Positions 10,292 to 25,614 of a DNA stretch of 45,688 bases are shown piece after piece. Source of the stretch: Candidatus Nanopelagicales bacterium (GTDB taxonomy: Bacteria; Actinomycetota; Actinomycetes; S36-B12; UBA10799); assembly GCA_044326505.1 (NCBI GenBank), contig JBIRBF010000001.1, positions 1 to 45,688 on the forward strand, in the 5' to 3' direction. The stretch's first letter is position 1. Every line of letters begins with the position of its first letter. Under the pieces are notes generated by a model. It saw only the letters and a list, made by a program, of their open reading frames with translations. It was not told the DNA's origin and did not search any database. The position numbers were made by a program, and so were the translations under genes.

Positions 10292-10297
10292 TAGTCT
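10292..10297 (+). promoter_or_regulatory. -10-like hexamer TAGTCT, 7 nt upstream of the uvrC GTG 10305 (candidate leaderless promoter)
   Basis: TAnnnT hexamer with no SD. The product from 10305 begins with the conserved UvrC N-terminus. Confidence 0.4.
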
Positions 10298-10304
10298 CGT
10301 GGTC

Positions 10305-12221
10305 GTGGCGGACCCGCGCAGCTACCGGCCTGCGGCCGGCTCCATCCCCGACGGTCCGGGCGTCTACCGGTTCCGGGACGCCGAAGGCCGGGTCATCTAC
10401 GTCGGCAAGGCCAAGAGCCTGCGCAGCCGGCTCAGCAGTTACTTCGCCGACATCTCCTCGCTGCACACGCGCACGGCCGCGATGGTCACGACGGCGGCCT
10501 CGGTGGATTGGGTCACCGTTGGTACCGAGGTCGAGGCGCTGCAACTGGAGTACGCCTGGATCAAGGAGTACGACCCGCGCTTCAACGTCCGCTACCGCGA
10601 TGACAAGTCCTATCCCTTCCTGGCCGTGACCATGTCCGAGAAGTTCCCCCGGGCATCGGTCATGCGCGGCGCCAAGCGCAAGGGCACCAGGTACTTCGGG
10701 CCGTTCGCGCATGCCTGGGCGATCCGTGAGACGGTCGATCTGCTGCTGCGCGTGTTCCCGGTCCGCACGTGCACCAACGGTGTGTTCCGGCGCGCCGAAC
10801 AGGTCGGCCGGCCCTGTCTGCTCGGCTACATCGACCGATGCAGCGCCCCGTGCGTCGGCCGGGTGAACGCCGACGAGTACGCCCTGATCGTGGATGGTTT
10901 CGTGGCCTTCATGGCCGGTGGTACGCAGCCGGTGATCGACGACCTGACCGCCCGCATGCAGGCGGCCGCGACCGCCCAGGACTACGAGCGCGCTGCCCGC
11001 CTGCGCGACGACCTCGGAGCCCTGACCCGGGTGCTGGAGCGCAACGCGGTGGTGCTCGGCGACGGCACGGACGCCGACATGTTCGCACTCGCAGCCGACG
11101 AGCTCGAGGCCGCAGTGCAGGTGTTCCACATCCGAGCGGGGCGGATCCGGGGTCAGCGCGGCTTCATCGTCGAGCGGGTGGAGGAGGTGGATCAGGCCGC
11201 GCTGGTGGCAGCCATGCTGCGGCAGTTCTATGGCGGCGAGAGTGGCGAGGCCGTGCCCCGGGAGGTGCTCGTGTCGCACGATCCCGCTGATCTCGACGGG
11301 ATGCGGGCGTGGCTCAGCGACCACCGCGGATCGCAGGTGGACATCCGCACGCCGCAGCGCGGCGACAAGGCGCAGCTGATGGCAGAGCTCGCCCGCAATG
11401 CCGAGCAGACCCTCGCCCTGCACAAGACCAAGCGTTCCGGCGACCTCACGACCCGAAGCCAGGCCATCGCCGAGCTCCAGGAGGCGCTGGGTCTGGCCGA
11501 TGCGCCGCTGCGGATCGAGTGCATCGACGTCTCGAACCTGCAGGGCACAGACGTCGTCGCCTCGCTGGTGGTGTTCGAGGACGGCCTGCCGCGCAAGTCG
11601 GACTACCGAAGGTTCAACGTTCGTCAGGCCGCCGACGACACCGCCGCGGTGGGGGAAGTCGTGCGACGGCGGTTCAAGCGCTACCTGGCCGAGCGGCACG
11701 AGGACACCACACCGACGGCTTTCGCCTACTCGCCCGGCCTGCTGGTGATCGACGGCGGGGCACCGCAAGTGCGCGCGGCCAAGGCCGCGCTGGACGAGCT
11801 GGGCATCGACGATGTCGCGGTCTGCGGGTTGGCGAAGCGGCTCGAGGAGGTGTGGCTGCCCGATGACCCCGATCCGGTGATCCTCGACCGCACCAGCGAG
11901 GGGCTGTACCTGCTGCAGCGCGTACGGGACGAGGCGCACCGCTTCGCCATCGCGGGGCACCGTGCCAAGCGCGGGGCGCGCATGACCGCGAGTGCCCTGG
12001 ATGACGTTCCGGGCCTCGGCGAGGTCAGGCGCAAGGCCCTGCTGCGCCGGTTCGGGTCGTTGAAGAAGCTGAAACTGGCGAGCGCGGACGAGATCTCCGA
12101 GGTTCCCGGGATCGGGCCGAGCACGGCAGCAGCGATCATCGAGGCGTTGGCCGGGCAGCCAGCGGCTAAGGCTGTCAATATGACCACCGGGGAGATCATC
12201 GAGCCGAAGGGCGATGTGTGA
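10305..12221 (+). CDS. uvrC: Excinuclease ABC subunit C
   Basis: GIY-YIG motif [31 protein letters not shown] domain [17 protein letters not shown]-terminal Hh[20 protein letters not shown] prefer GTG 10305 (VADPRSYRP, the usual UvrC N-terminus) over the track start at 10299. Confidence 0.95.
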   Translation: MADPRSYRPAAGSIPDGPGVYRFRDAEGRVIYVGKAKSLRSRLSSYFADISSLHTRTAAMVTTAASVDWVTVGTEVEALQLEYAWIKEYDPRFNVRYRDDKSYPFLAVTMSEKFPRASVMRGAKRKGTRYFGPFAHAWAIRETVDLLLRVFPVRTCTNGVFRRAEQVGRPCLLGYIDRCSAPCVGRVNADEYALIVDGFVAFMAGGTQPVIDDLTARMQAAATAQDYERAARLRDDLGALTRVLERNAVVLGDGTDADMFALAADELEAAVQVFHIRAGRIRGQRGFIVERVEEVDQAALVAAMLRQFYGGESGEAVPREVLVSHDPADLDGMRAWLSDHRGSQVDIRTPQRGDKAQLMAELARNAEQTLALHKTKRSGDLTTRSQAIAELQEALGLADAPLRIECIDVSNLQGTDVVASLVVFEDGLPRKSDYRRFNVRQAADDTAAVGEVVRRRFKRYLAERHEDTTPTAFAYSPGLLVIDGGAPQVRAAKAALDELGIDDVAVCGLAKRLEEVWLPDDPDPVILDRTSEGLYLLQRVRDEAHRFAIAGHRAKRGARMTASALDDVPGLGEVRRKALLRRFGSLKKLKLASADEISEVPGIGPSTAAAIIEALAGQPAAKAVNMTTGEIIEPKGDV

Positions 12222-13081
12222 ACGAGGATCCGGAACTGCTGCTGGTCACGGGCATGTCCGGCGCCGGCCGCTCGACCGTGGCTCGGGCGTTGGAGGACCA
12301 GGGCTGGTTCGTCGTGGACAACCTTCCCCCGTCCCTGCTGGACGCCACGGTGGACCTCGTGGGCCAGCGGGAGGACGTGGATCGGCTCGCGGTGGTGCTC
12401 GACGTCCGCTCGGGCCGGTTCTTCGGCGAACTGCCGGCGCTCGTGTCGCGCATCCGCGCCGATGGCGACGACGTGCGCCTGCTGTTCCTGGAGGCCTCCG
12501 ACGAGATCCTGCTGCACCGCTTCGAGTCCAATCGGCGCCCGCACCCGCTGCAGGGCAGCGGAACGCTGCTCGACGGCATCGTGGCCGAGCGGGCCATCCT
12601 GGCGGACCTGCGGGCACAGTCGGACTTGGTGATCGACACCTCCGAGCTCAACATCCACGATCTGCGGCGCCGGATCGACGCAGCGTTCGAGCGCGCCGAC
12701 GACACCCAGCTGCGGGCCACCGTCGTGTCGTTCGGTTTCAAGCACGGGATTCCCGCGGACGCCGACCTGGTTGCCGATGTGCGGTTCCTGCCCAACCCCT
12801 TCTGGGTGCCCGAGCTGCGCGACAAGACGGGCCTTGACGCGGACGTCAGCGACTACGTGTTCGAGAGCGACGAGGCTAAAGCCTTCCTAGATCAATACTC
12901 CAAGCTCATCGACATCGTCGCCGACGGGTACCTGCGCGAGGGCAAACGGTTCGTCACCGTTGCGGTGGGGTGCACGGGCGGGCGCCATCGCAGCGTGGCG
13001 ATGGCCGAGAACCTGGCCGCGCGACTGGTGAAGAACGGCGTCGAGAGCATCGTCATGCATCGGGACCTGGGCCGGGCGTAG
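12218..13081 (+). CDS. rapZ: RNase adapter / nucleotide-binding protein RapZ
   Basis: Walker [12 protein letters not shown] and C-terminal [17 protein letters not shown] overlap with the uvrC stop. Confidence 0.9.
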   Translation: MNEDPELLLVTGMSGAGRSTVARALEDQGWFVVDNLPPSLLDATVDLVGQREDVDRLAVVLDVRSGRFFGELPALVSRIRADGDDVRLLFLEASDEILLHRFESNRRPHPLQGSGTLLDGIVAERAILADLRAQSDLVIDTSELNIHDLRRRIDAAFERADDTQLRATVVSFGFKHGIPADADLVADVRFLPNPFWVPELRDKTGLDADVSDYVFESDEAKAFLDQYSKLIDIVADGYLREGKRFVTVAVGCTGGRHRSVAMAENLAARLVKNGVESIVMHRDLGRA

Positions 13082-13084
13082 CCG

Positions 13085-14089
13085 ATGGGTGTGGGGCGCA
13101 GCGGGCCTGGCGCATTCGGACCGTTCGGACGCGGACCGAAGGTTGTTGCCGTCGGGGGTGGCCACGGACTCTCCGCCAGCCTGTCAGCTCTCGGTCGGCT
13201 CACGGACAACGTCACAGCGGTGGTCGGGGTCGCCGACGACGGCGGGAGCAGCGGTCGGCTGCGCGGCGAGTTCGGCATCCCGCCTCCCGGCGACATCCGG
13301 ATGGCGCTCGCGGCGCTGTGCAGCGACGATCCCGCGGGCCGGACCTGGGCGTCGGTGCTGCAGCACCGCTTCGGCGGCGAGGGGCCGCTCGCCGGCCATG
13401 CAGTGGGCAACCTGCTCCTCGTGGCCCTGTGGGAGCAGGCCGGCGACATCGTCGGCGGCCTGGACTTCGTCGGCGCACTGGTCGAGGCGCGCGGCCGAGT
13501 CCTGCCCGCGACGACCGTGCCGATGGAGTTGGTGGCGACCGTTCGCCGTGATGGCGTCGAGCGGGTCGTCCGGGGGCAGGCCGACATCGCCCACAGCAAT
13601 GCCCGAGTGCACGAGCTGTGGCTCGAGCCGGGCCAGGCATCGGCCTGTCCGGAGGCGGTCGCGGCGCTCGCCGAGGCGGACTTGATCGTGCTCGGCCCAG
13701 GCTCGTGGTTCACGTCGGTGCTGCCGCACTTCGAGTTGCCGGGACTGCGGGCGGCCATCGCGGACTCGCCCGCCAGGCGGGTGATGGTGCTCAACCTGCA
13801 AGCCGACACCGGCGAGACCCGGGGATTCCGAGCCGAAACCCATCTGGAGGACTTGCGCGAGCGTTATGCCGAAGTCCGACTCGATCTGGTCCTCGCGGAC
13901 CCCCGGGCGGTGGCCGACCACGCAGCGCTGGAGGTGGCCGCGGAGCGCCTGGAGGCCGCGGTGGCATACGAGCCGCTGGCGGCTCCTGCGCGCAGCGTCA
14001 CGCTTCCCGGGCACGCCCATAATCCGGATCTGCTGGCCGCGGCGTTCGCCGCCGTCGTCGAACGTGGCAGGATTCGGCCATGGCGATGA
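13085..14089 (+). CDS. yvcK: YvcK/CofD-like gluconeogenesis-morphogenesis factor
   Basis: [15 protein letters not shown]-terminal motif. Conserved position between rapZ and whiA. Starts 3 nt after the rapZ stop. Confidence 0.88.
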   Translation: MGVGRSGPGAFGPFGRGPKVVAVGGGHGLSASLSALGRLTDNVTAVVGVADDGGSSGRLRGEFGIPPPGDIRMALAALCSDDPAGRTWASVLQHRFGGEGPLAGHAVGNLLLVALWEQAGDIVGGLDFVGALVEARGRVLPATTVPMELVATVRRDGVERVVRGQADIAHSNARVHELWLEPGQASACPEAVAALAEADLIVLGPGSWFTSVLPHFELPGLRAAIADSPARRVMVLNLQADTGETRGFRAETHLEDLRERYAEVRLDLVLADPRAVADHAALEVAAERLEAAVAYEPLAAPARSVTLPGHAHNPDLLAAAFAAVVERGRIRPWR

Positions 14090-15060
14090 CGGCGGCGGTC
14101 AAGGACGAGATGAGCCGGGTCGAGGTGACGAAGGTCTGCTGCCGCAAGGCAGAGGCCGTCGCGATGCTCCGCTACGGCGGTGCCCTGCACCTGGTCGGCA
14201 AGCAGATCGTCATCGAGGCGGAGCTGGACACGGCGGCAGCTGCCCGCCGCCTCCGCGCGACAGTCAAGGACATTTACGGCCACGACTCAGATTTGATCGT
14301 GCTGCAGCCCAGCGGTATCCGTAAGGGCACGCGCTACGTCGTGAAGGTTGCCGAAGGCGGCAGCCAGCTGGCGCGGCAGACCGGCCTCATCGACGGCGCG
14401 GGTCGCCCCGTGCGCGGCCTTCCCGCCAGCGTCGTCGGCGGCGGCCTGTGCGACGCTGAGGCCGCCTGGCGGGGTGCGTTCCTGGCCCACGGATCGCTGA
14501 CCGAGCCCGGTCGCTCCGGCAGCCTGGAGATCACTTGCCCCGGCTCCGAAGCCGCGCTCGCGCTGGTCGGCGCCGCCCGTCGACTGGGGATGGCAGCCAA
14601 GTCGCGCGAGGTGCGCGGCGTGGACCGCGTGGTCATCCGCGACGGCGACACGATCAGTGCCATGCTCACCCGGCTCGGTGCTCACCAATCGCTGCTCGAG
14701 TGGGAGGAGCGGCGCATCCGCCGCGAGGTCCGCGCCACCGCCAACCGGTTGGCCAACTTCGACGACGCGAACCTGCGGCGCTCGGCCCAGGCCGCCGTGG
14801 CCGCCGGTGCCCGGGTGAAACGGGCATTGGAGATCCTGGGCGACGGCATCCCGCCGCACCTGGCGGAGGCGGGAAGGCTGCGTATGGAGCACGAGCAGGC
14901 CTCGCTGGAGGAACTCGGCGCCCTGGCCGACCCGCCGCTGACCAAAGACGCGATCGCCGGTCGGATTCGCCGCCTGCTCGCCATGGCCGACAAGTCCGCA
15001 CGCGACCGCGGCATCGACGACACCGAGTCCGCCCTCACACCGGACATGTACTCGGCCTAG
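14080..15060 (+). CDS. whiA: Sporulation/cell-division transcription factor WhiA
   Basis: N-terminus [15 protein letters not shown]-terminal HTH region [27 protein letters not shown]. Overlaps the yvcK 3' end by 10 nt. Confidence 0.93.
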   Translation: MAMTAAVKDEMSRVEVTKVCCRKAEAVAMLRYGGALHLVGKQIVIEAELDTAAAARRLRATVKDIYGHDSDLIVLQPSGIRKGTRYVVKVAEGGSQLARQTGLIDGAGRPVRGLPASVVGGGLCDAEAAWRGAFLAHGSLTEPGRSGSLEITCPGSEAALALVGAARRLGMAAKSREVRGVDRVVIRDGDTISAMLTRLGAHQSLLEWEERRIRREVRATANRLANFDDANLRRSAQAAVAAGARVKRALEILGDGIPPHLAEAGRLRMEHEQASLEELGALADPPLTKDAIAGRIRRLLAMADKSARDRGIDDTESALTPDMYSA

Positions 15061-15142
15061 CGCCATCGTGGTCTGTCTGCCACGCCACAGCACAGCGCTT
15101 GGATCGGCGTTTCGCCTGCCCGTTTCGATAGGATGGCGCTGA

Positions 15143-17412
<2,270 letters not shown>

Positions 17413-17415
17413 CTC

Positions 17416-18201
17416 GTGGCCGAGGCACGCAAGCCGCTCATGGCGGGCAACTGGAAGATGAACCTCAACCACTTGGAGGCCACCTCGACCATCCAGCGAC
17501 TGGCGTTCTCGCTCAAGCCGGACGACTACGAGGCGTGCGAGGTGCTCATCTGCGCGCCCTTCACGGACCTGCGTTCGATCCAGACCCTCGTGGACGCCGA
17601 CCGGTTGAAGATCCGCTTCGGCGCCCAGGACGTGTCCGAGCACGAGAAGGGCGCCTATACCGGCGAGATCTCCGGGGCGATGCTGGCGAAGCTCAACTGC
17701 ACCTACGTGATCGTGGGGCACTCGGAGCGCCGCGAGTACCACGGCGAGACCAATCGCGTGGTCAACGGCAAGGCACTGGCAGCCCTGCGCAATGGGTTGA
17801 CGCCGATCATCTGCTTCGGCGAGCCGCTCGATGTGCGCGAGAAGGGCGACCAGGTGCTGCACTCGCTGGACCAGGTCTCGCACTGCCTCATGGACTTCAG
17901 CCCCGAGCAGGCGAGTTCGATCGTCCTGGCATACGAGCCCATCTGGGCCATCGGCACCGGACTGACCGCCTCGCCGACCGACGCCCAGGAGGTCTGCGGC
18001 GCGGTGCGCGGCTGGCTTGCGGATCGCTTTGGCGCGGCGGTGGCCGACAAGGTGCGGATCCTGTACGGCGGTTCGATGAAGGGCAGCAACGTGGACAAGC
18101 TCATGGCGCAGCCGGACATCGACGGCGGCCTCGTGGGTGGTGCCGCGCTGGACCCGGATGAGTTCGCCTCGATGGTGCGCTATCGCCTGATGGAGCCGTG
18201 A
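17416..18201 (+). CDS. tpiA: Triosephosphate isomerase
   Basis: MAGNWKMN, VIVGHSERR and AYEPIWAIGTG. AGGAAGGA lies upstream of GTG 17416, which is 3 nt after the pgk stop. Confidence 0.95.
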   Translation: MAEARKPLMAGNWKMNLNHLEATSTIQRLAFSLKPDDYEACEVLICAPFTDLRSIQTLVDADRLKIRFGAQDVSEHEKGAYTGEISGAMLAKLNCTYVIVGHSERREYHGETNRVVNGKALAALRNGLTPIICFGEPLDVREKGDQVLHSLDQVSHCLMDFSPEQASSIVLAYEPIWAIGTGLTASPTDAQEVCGAVRGWLADRFGAAVADKVRILYGGSMKGSNVDKLMAQPDIDGGLVGGAALDPDEFASMVRYRLMEP

Positions 18202-18277
18202 TCGGCTCGGCTGAGTTGGACCCGTCGAGCGAGCGGGTATTGTTGTCGGCGGTGTCCACGACGGAAGGTTCTGCCCC

Positions 18278-18511
18278 GTGATCCTCGTGCTCGAGATTTT
18301 GCTTGTGGTGACGAGCATCATGCTCATTTCGCTCGTGCTGCTGCACAAGGGCAAGGGCGGCGGCCTGTCCGACATGTTCGGCGGCGGCCTCTCGTCCACC
18401 GCCAGCGGGTCGAGTGTTGCCGAGCGCAACCTCGACCGGATCACCGTCGCCGTCGCCCTGATCTGGGCTGCCACCATCGTGGGACTCGGCATTATCGTCG
18501 CGCGCAGCTAG
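18278..18511 (+). CDS. secG: Preprotein translocase subunit SecG
   Basis: 77 aa, two TM helices flanking LHKGKGGGLSDMFGGG. Conserved position after tpiA. Confidence 0.85.
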   Translation: MILVLEILLVVTSIMLISLVLLHKGKGGGLSDMFGGGLSSTASGSSVAERNLDRITVAVALIWAATIVGLGIIVARS

Positions 18512-18532
18512 GTGTGCTCGGTCTAGGCCGAC

Positions 18533-18548
18533 TCTGCGCGGGCGCAGA
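18533..18548 (+). terminator. GC-rich hairpin downstream of secG (TCTGCGC-GG-GCGCAGA) followed by GGTTTTC
   Basis: Perfect 7-nt inverted arms at 18533-18539 and 18542-18548, with a short T-run about 10 nt downstream. The loop is very small, so the effective stem is shorter. Confidence 0.3.
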
Positions 18549-18582
18549 CCGGTAGCGGTTTTCGGGGGGATGTCGCTTCGGC

Positions 18583-18597
18583 CGGTGACGGTCACCG
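18583..18597. promoter_or_regulatory. Perfect 15-bp palindrome CGGTGAC-G-GTCACCG immediately upstream of a TAGAGT -10-like hexamer (18600-18605) in the rbpA upstream region
   Basis: Read directly from the sequence. Its position between a putative -35 and -10 is typical of an operator. Confidence 0.4.
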
Positions 18598-18667
18598 CAT
18601 AGAGTCAGGGGGAGTAGTCGGCGGTGCCGCGACGGTCCGCCTGGAGCACGTCGAGAAGGAGGCGAAA

Positions 18668-19000
18668 GTGGCTGGAGGCAGCGCAATCCGCGGCACGCGG
18701 GTCGGCGCCGGTCCGATGGGCGAGGCGGAGCGGGGCGAGGCGGCACCGCGCAAGTTCGTGTCGTTCTATTGCGCGGACGGGCACGAGACCCGCCCCAGCT
18801 TCGCCACCGACGCGGTGATCCCCGACCTGTGGGACTGCCCGAACTGCGGCTACCCCGCGGGTCCGGACCCCGATAACCCGCCGCGGCCGCCCAAAGTGGA
18901 GCCCTACAAGACCCACCTGGCGTACGTGAAGGAGCGCCGCTCGGCGGAGGAGGGCGAGGCCATCCTGGCCGAGGCCCTCGAGCGTCTGCGCGCGGACTAA
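18668..19000 (+). CDS. rbpA: RNA polymerase-binding protein, RbpA family
   Basis: 110 aa. IRGTRVG, then FVSFYCADGHETRPSF...WDCPNCGYPAG (zinc-ribbon-like core), then the basic linker and sigma-interaction segment KTHLAYVKERRS. AAGGAGG at 18656-18662 lies 5 nt before the GTG. Confidence 0.85.
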   Translation: MAGGSAIRGTRVGAGPMGEAERGEAAPRKFVSFYCADGHETRPSFATDAVIPDLWDCPNCGYPAGPDPDNPPRPPKVEPYKTHLAYVKERRSAEEGEAILAEALERLRAD

Positions 19001-19024
19001 CCGCCGCGCCTCAGCGCCGGTTCT

Positions 19025-19798
19025 TCAGTCCCGGCGCTTCAGTCCTGACGCGGCCACCTTGTCGATCAGCGCCAGCGTCTGCTCGGTGCCGTGGACCATG
19101 CCGGCCGGCACCTTCGACTCTCGCGGTGGTGGGTTGAGTGCCGCGGCCAGGGCCTCGATCTTGGTCTCCCCGTCTGCGACGAGCCACACCTCGCGGGCCG
19201 TGTTGATGGTCGAGAGGGTGAAGGAGAGCCGGTTCGGCGGCGGCTTCGGGGAGTCCAAGACCGGGATCACGGTCTCGGGGCCGGTGGCCGCGAGGCCCGC
19301 GTTTCCGGGGAAGAGCGAGGCCACGTGGCCGTCGTGCCCCATGCCCAGCATCGCGACGTCGAACCGCGGCAGCGGCCCGTCACCCGGACCCGCGGCAGCG
19401 GCAAGCTCGGTCGCGTAGCCCTGCGCCGCCGCGGCGATGTCGTCGCCGTAGGGACCCCCGCGTCGGGGCATCGGATGGACCTTCGCCGGGTCGATCGGCA
19501 ACTTGTCGAGCATGACCTTGCGCGCGCCGGTCTCGTTCCGCAGATCGCTGCCCTCAGGCTCGAAGCGCTCGTCGGACCACCAGAAGTCCACCGCCGTCCA
19601 ATCGACCGCCCCGGATGCCGGCGAGGCCGGTACGGCTGCCATGGCCGCCGTACCGATGGTGCCGCCGGTGAGCACCACGTGGGCTCCACCGTGGCGTGCC
19701 TGAGCGTCCAGGATGGCCGTGATCAAACGTGCCGCTACGGCGGCGGCGAGTGTGTCGGGATCCGGATGGACGACGACGAGGTCAGGCTGCTGGGTCAT
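19025..19798 (-). CDS. pgl: 6-phosphogluconolactonase
   Basis: VVLTGGT and GMGHDGHVASLFPG motifs. Last gene of the tkt-tal-zwf-opcA-pgl operon. Confidence 0.88.
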   Translation of the reverse strand: MTQQPDLVVVHPDPDTLAAAVAARLITAILDAQARHGGAHVVLTGGTIGTAAMAAVPASPASGAVDWTAVDFWWSDERFEPEGSDLRNETGARKVMLDKLPIDPAKVHPMPRRGGPYGDDIAAAAQGYATELAAAAGPGDGPLPRFDVAMLGMGHDGHVASLFPGNAGLAATGPETVIPVLDSPKPPPNRLSFTLSTINTAREVWLVADGETKIEALAAALNPPPRESKVPAGMVHGTEQTLALIDKVAASGLKRRD

Positions 19799-19810
19799 CT
19801 GCGGGTACTC

Positions 19811-20868
19811 CTAGTCCTTGGCCACGGGGGCTGACGCTTTGGCGTCGCCCACTGCCGAGTCGCCCATGCCCTCCTGGCTGAGGATGGCCACGTCCTCGTT
19901 GCTCGGTCGTGTGTAGTCCTCGCCCATCTCGGACGGAGTGCTGCCGTCGGACAGGTCGTCCGGGTCCAGCCGTTGGGGGTCCAGTTGGCGCATGGTGTCC
20001 TCGAACGGTTCGTCCGGGTCCAGCCGGCGCAACTCCTCGCTGATCAGCTCTTTGACCTGTCGACGGGGCAGGAAGAGCTCCTTCACCGCAATGCCGCCGC
20101 GCTCGACCGTGGCCATGTGGCCGTCCGGCCGGGTGATGGTGATGTCGCCGCCCTCGGTGTGCAGCACGATCTGGTTGATGGCGGGCCCGCGGCTGCTGAG
20201 GTATTTGACCGGCACGCCGAGCCGCCATTCCAGCCAGGTACGCATCAGGGGCGCGCTGGGGATGGGTTCGGAATGGATCGTTGCCCCGGTGATCGGCGCG
20301 TAAGGCTGGTCGAGCGTGGCGGCGAGAGCTGCTCGCCAGGGCGTGAGCCGGGTCCACGCCAGGTCGGTGTCGCCGCTGGCGAGGTGGTCGCGCAGCAGGG
20401 TCAGCGCCGCGGTGAAGTTCTCCTCGGCGGCCGCGTCGCCGATGCGCCGGCGGGCCAGCCGCCCCTGCGGGTGGGCGGCCAGCGACGCCGGGTGGGTACC
20501 GGGCCACCACACCACGACCGGGGTGTCGGACAGCAGCAGCGGCAGCACGACCGAGTCCGCGTGCTTGGCCAACGACCCGCGCAACCGCATCCGCACCAAC
20601 TCGCCGGGGCCGTCGGTGCTGTCGCCCACGCTGATGTTGGCGTCGAGGCGGTGTTCCTCGCGGCTGGGCCGCGGGATCACCGTGAGGATGCGCATCGGGT
20701 GCTCGCCGGCCGAGTACTGCGCCGCAGCGGTGGCGTCGTTCTGGTGCTCCTCGTCGGACACGATGACGAGCGTCATCACCATGCCCGAGGCGGTGGCGCC
20801 CTTTTGGTGGCGCTCCGAGGAGATCGCGTCGGCGATGGCTCCAGCGTTGGTGTTCTCCAGTCGCAGGC

Positions 20869-20872
<4 letters not shown>
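19811..20872 (-). CDS. opcA: Glucose-6-phosphate dehydrogenase assembly protein OpcA
   Basis: Starts MSLRLENTNAGAI at ATG 20872, forming an ATGA overlap with the zwf stop. Contains DTPVVVWWPG. The 549-aa track ORF is an in-frame extension running inside zwf. Confidence 0.85.
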
Positions 20873-22407
<1,535 letters not shown>

Positions 22408-22414
22408 GCGCGAC

Positions 22415-23542
22415 TCAGCCGCGTCCGGCGTCGGCGCGGGCCGAGGCGAGAGCGGCGGTCAGGTTGTCCAGCAGGTTCTGCCAGGCGCTGATGAACTTGG
22501 CCACGCCGTCGGTCTCGAGCTCGTCGAAGACCTCGGGCAGGTTCACGCCGACGGCGGCGAGGTCGTCGAACACCTGCTGCGCCGCAGGGCCGGTGCCGCT
22601 GACGGTGTCGCCGTGCACGTTGCCGTGGTCGCGCACCGCATCCATCGTTTTCTCGGGCATGGTGTTGACGCAGCCAGGAGCCGCGAGGTCCACGACGTAG
22701 CGGTCGTCGGAGTACTCGGGGTTCTTGACCCCCGTGGACGCCCAGAGCGGTCGCTGCGGATTGGCTCCTGCGGCAGCCAGTGCCTGCCAGCGGTCCGAGG
22801 CGAGGACCTCGGTGTAGGCGGCCCAGGCGAGTTGGGCGTTGGCGATTCCGGCCTTGCCCAGCAGTGCCGTCGCCTCGGGCGTGCCGATCGCGGTGAGCGC
22901 GGCGTCGATGTTGGAGTCCACCCGGGAGACGAAGAACGACGCCACTGAGTGGATCGTGGACAGGTCCTTGCCGTTGGCCTGGGCGAGTTCCAGCCCCGAC
23001 ATGTAGGCATCCATCACCGCGCGGTAGCGCTCGACGGAGAAGATGAGGGTGACGTTTACGCTGATCCCCTCGCCGAGCACCGCCGTGATCGCCGGCAGCC
23101 CCTCGAGCGTGGCCGGGATCTTGACGAGCAGGTTCGGCCTATCCACCAACCACCACAGCGCCTTGGCCTCGGCGATCGTGCCGTCCGTATCAGGGGCGAG
23201 CCGCGGGTCGACCTCGATCGACACCCGGCCGTCCGCGCCGCCGGTCGACTCGTACACGCCCGTGAACAGGTCGCAGGCCCACCGCACGTCGAAGGCGGTG
23301 AGCGCGCGCACGGCCTCGCCCACGTCCACCCCGCGCACCGCCAGGTCGCGGATCTGCTCGGCGTAGTCCGCAGCGCCCGTGGTGATCGAGTGGTCGAAGA
23401 TTGCCGGGTTGGTGGTGACGCCCACGACGTGGGAGCCGTCGATCAACTCGACCAGGCCGCCCGAGGTGAGGCGGTTGCGGTCGAGGTCGTCGAGCCAGAT
23501 CGACACTCCGATGTCGGAAAGTTCGCCCAGACGGTCGGTCAT
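22415..23542 (-). CDS. tal: Transaldolase (long actinobacterial type)
   Basis: Starts [22 protein letters not shown] at ATG 23542, 5 nt after the tkt stop. Active-site lysine region LLVKIPAT. The track ORF extension runs into tkt. Confidence 0.93.
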   Translation of the reverse strand: MTDRLGELSDIGVSIWLDDLDRNRLTSGGLVELIDGSHVVGVTTNPAIFDHSITTGAADYAEQIRDLAVRGVDVGEAVRALTAFDVRWACDLFTGVYESTGGADGRVSIEVDPRLAPDTDGTIAEAKALWWLVDRPNLLVKIPATLEGLPAITAVLGEGISVNVTLIFSVERYRAVMDAYMSGLELAQANGKDLSTIHSVASFFVSRVDSNIDAALTAIGTPEATALLGKAGIANAQLAWAAYTEVLASDRWQALAAAGANPQRPLWASTGVKNPEYSDDRYVVDLAAPGCVNTMPEKTMDAVRDHGNVHGDTVSGTGPAAQQVFDDLAAVGVNLPEVFDELETDGVAKFISAWQNLLDNLTAALASARADAGRG

Positions 23543-23547
23543 GGTTC

Positions 23548-25614
23548 TCAGCCCTTCTTCGCAGCGTCGATGGATTCCTTGGCGGTGGCGACGACGTTCT
23601 CCACCGTGAAGCCGAATTCCTTCATGAGCAGGTCGCCGTCGGCAGACGCGCCGAAATGATCGATCGCGACCGGCCGGCCGGCGTCGCCGAGCAGTTGGTA
23701 CCAGGGCATGGCCACCCCCGCCTCGATCGACACTCGCGCCCGCACGCTCGGCGGGATGACCTCGTCGCGGTAGCTGGCGTCCTGCTCGTAGAACCACTCG
23801 AAACAGGGCAGCGAGACCACCCGGGCGGCCACGCCGTCCGCGGCCATCGCCTCCTGGCTGGCCAGCGCAAGCGGTACCTCGGATCCGGTTGCCAGCAGCA
23901 GCACGTCGGGTGTGCCGTCGCAGTCCGAGACCACGTAGCCGCCCTTCGCGACGCCCTCGGCCGAGCCGTGCACCGAACGGTCGATGGTGGGCAGCGTCTG
24001 TCGGCTGAGCACGAGGCCCACGAGCTCGCTGCGTTCCATGATGGTCCGCCAGGCCACCGCGACCTCGTTGGCGTCGGCGGGGCGCACGATCGCGATCTGC
24101 GGCATCGCCCGCAGCGCCGCCAGGTGCTCGATCGGCTGATGCGTGGGGCCGTCCTCGCCTACGCCGATGGAGTCGTGGGTCCACACGTAGGTGACGGGCG
24201 CCTTCATGATCGCCGCCACCCGCACTGCGCCGCGCATGTAGTCCGAGAAGGTGAAGAACGTTCCGCCGTAGGGCCTGGTGAGCCCGCCCAGCGCCATACC
24301 CGAGAGCACCGCACCCATGGCGTGCTCACGCACGCCGAAGTGCACCAGGCGACCGAAGGACGAGGAGTCCGGCACAACGTCCATCAGACCTTCGGGCTCG
24401 AACGACTTGGCGCCCTTGATCGTGGTGTTGTTCGATCCGGCGAGGTCGGCCGAGCCGCCCCACAGCTCCGGCAGCACCGCCGCCATCGCGTTGATAACCA
24501 CTCCGGACGAGGCCCGCGTGGCCATGTCGTCGCCGGGCTCGAACACGGGGATCGCCTCGGCGAAGCCGTCGGGTAGCCGTCGCTCGGCCAGCCGGTCGAA
24601 CAGTGCCGCCTTGTCGGCGTGGGTGGAGCGCCATGCGGCCATGTGCTCGTCCCAGCCCTCGTGCTTTGCGGCGCCGCGCTCCTCCAACTGGCGCGTGTGG
24701 GCCAGGACATCGGGCTCGACCTGGAAGCTCTTGTCCGGGTCGAAGCCCAGGACCTCCTTGGTGGCCGCGACCTCGGCCGGGCCGAGGGCCGATCCGTGCG
24801 ACCCTGCGGTGTTCTGCTTGTTCGGGGCGGGCCAGCCGATGATCGAGCGCATCCGGATGATGCTGGGGCGGTCGATCTCCTTCTTCGCGCGCTTGAGGGC
24901 CTTGTAGAGGCCCTTCACGTCCACATCGCCGTTGGGCAGCATGTCCACGTGCTCGGTGTGCCAGCCATATGCCTCGTAGCGCAACAGCACGTCTTCGGTG
25001 AAGGTGACGTCGGTGTTGCCCTCGATGGTGATGTGGTTGTCGTCGTAGATCACGATCAGGTTGCCGAGCTCCTGGTGGCCGGCCAGGCTGCACGCCTCGG
25101 ACGACACGCCCTCCTGCAGGCAGCCGTCGCCGACGATGACGTAGACCCGATGGTCGAAGAGGCTTTCGCCGGGATCCGAGGCCTGATCCAAAGTGCCGCG
25201 CACGAAGCGCGCATCCATGGCCATGCCGACGCCGGTCGAGATTCCCTGTCCGAGCGGACCGGTGGTGGTCTCGATGCCGGCCGTGTGGCCGAACTCCGGG
25301 TGGCCCGGGGTGAGGCTGTCCCAGGTGCGCAGCGCCTCGATGTCGCTTAACTCCAGCCCGAAACCGCCAAGGTACAGCTGGATGTACTGGGTCAGGCTGG
25401 AGTGCCCGTTTGACTGGATGTAGCGGTCCCGGCCGACCCAGTGCGGATCGCCCGGGTCGACGTTCATCACCTTCTGGTAGAGCAAGTAGGCGGCCGGCGC
25501 CAGGGCCATCGCAGCGCCGGGGTGGCCGTTGCCGGTGCGCTGGACGGCGTCCATCGCCAGCACCCGGGCGGTGTCCACCGCGCGTCGGTCGAGGTCGGTC
25601 CAGTCGAGTCCCAC
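23548..25614 (-). CDS. tkt: Transketolase
   Basis: [11 protein letters not shown], the TPP motif [10 protein letters not shown] and [19 protein letters not shown]. Start placed at GTG 25614 ([14 protein letters not shown]), with GAAGGGA 8 nt upstream. The exact start is uncertain. Confidence 0.92.
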   Translation of the reverse strand: MGLDWTDLDRRAVDTARVLAMDAVQRTGNGHPGAAMALAPAAYLLYQKVMNVDPGDPHWVGRDRYIQSNGHSSLTQYIQLYLGGFGLELSDIEALRTWDSLTPGHPEFGHTAGIETTTGPLGQGISTGVGMAMDARFVRGTLDQASDPGESLFDHRVYVIVGDGCLQEGVSSEACSLAGHQELGNLIVIYDDNHITIEGNTDVTFTEDVLLRYEAYGWHTEHVDMLPNGDVDVKGLYKALKRAKKEIDRPSIIRMRSIIGWPAPNKQNTAGSHGSALGPAEVAATKEVLGFDPDKSFQVEPDVLAHTRQLEERGAAKHEGWDEHMAAWRSTHADKAALFDRLAERRLPDGFAEAIPVFEPGDDMATRASSGVVINAMAAVLPELWGGSADLAGSNNTTIKGAKSFEPEGLMDVVPDSSSFGRLVHFGVREHAMGAVLSGMALGGLTRPYGGTFFTFSDYMRGAVRVAAIMKAPVTYVWTHDSIGVGEDGPTHQPIEHLAALRAMPQIAIVRPADANEVAVAWRTIMERSELVGLVLSRQTLPTIDRSVHGSAEGVAKGGYVVSDCDGTPDVLLLATGSEVPLALASQEAMAADGVAARVVSLPCFEWFYEQDASYRDEVIPPSVRARVSIEAGVAMPWYQLLGDAGRPVAIDHFGASADGDLLMKEFGFTVENVVATAKESIDAAKKG

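Noticed and set aside
18566-18593. SigR/SigH-type (GGAAT-N18-GTT) promoter upstream of rbpA, as known for Streptomyces rbpA.
   Set aside because: The best match is GGGAT-N18-GGT, with mismatches in both elements. That is too weak to call without TSS data.
19001-19060. Direct repeat CTTCAGTCC x2 and a GCGC-rich segment between rbpA and pgl, as a possible bidirectional terminator.
   Set aside because: The direct repeat lies within the pgl 3' coding end. The potential stem is only 4-5 bp with no U-tract.
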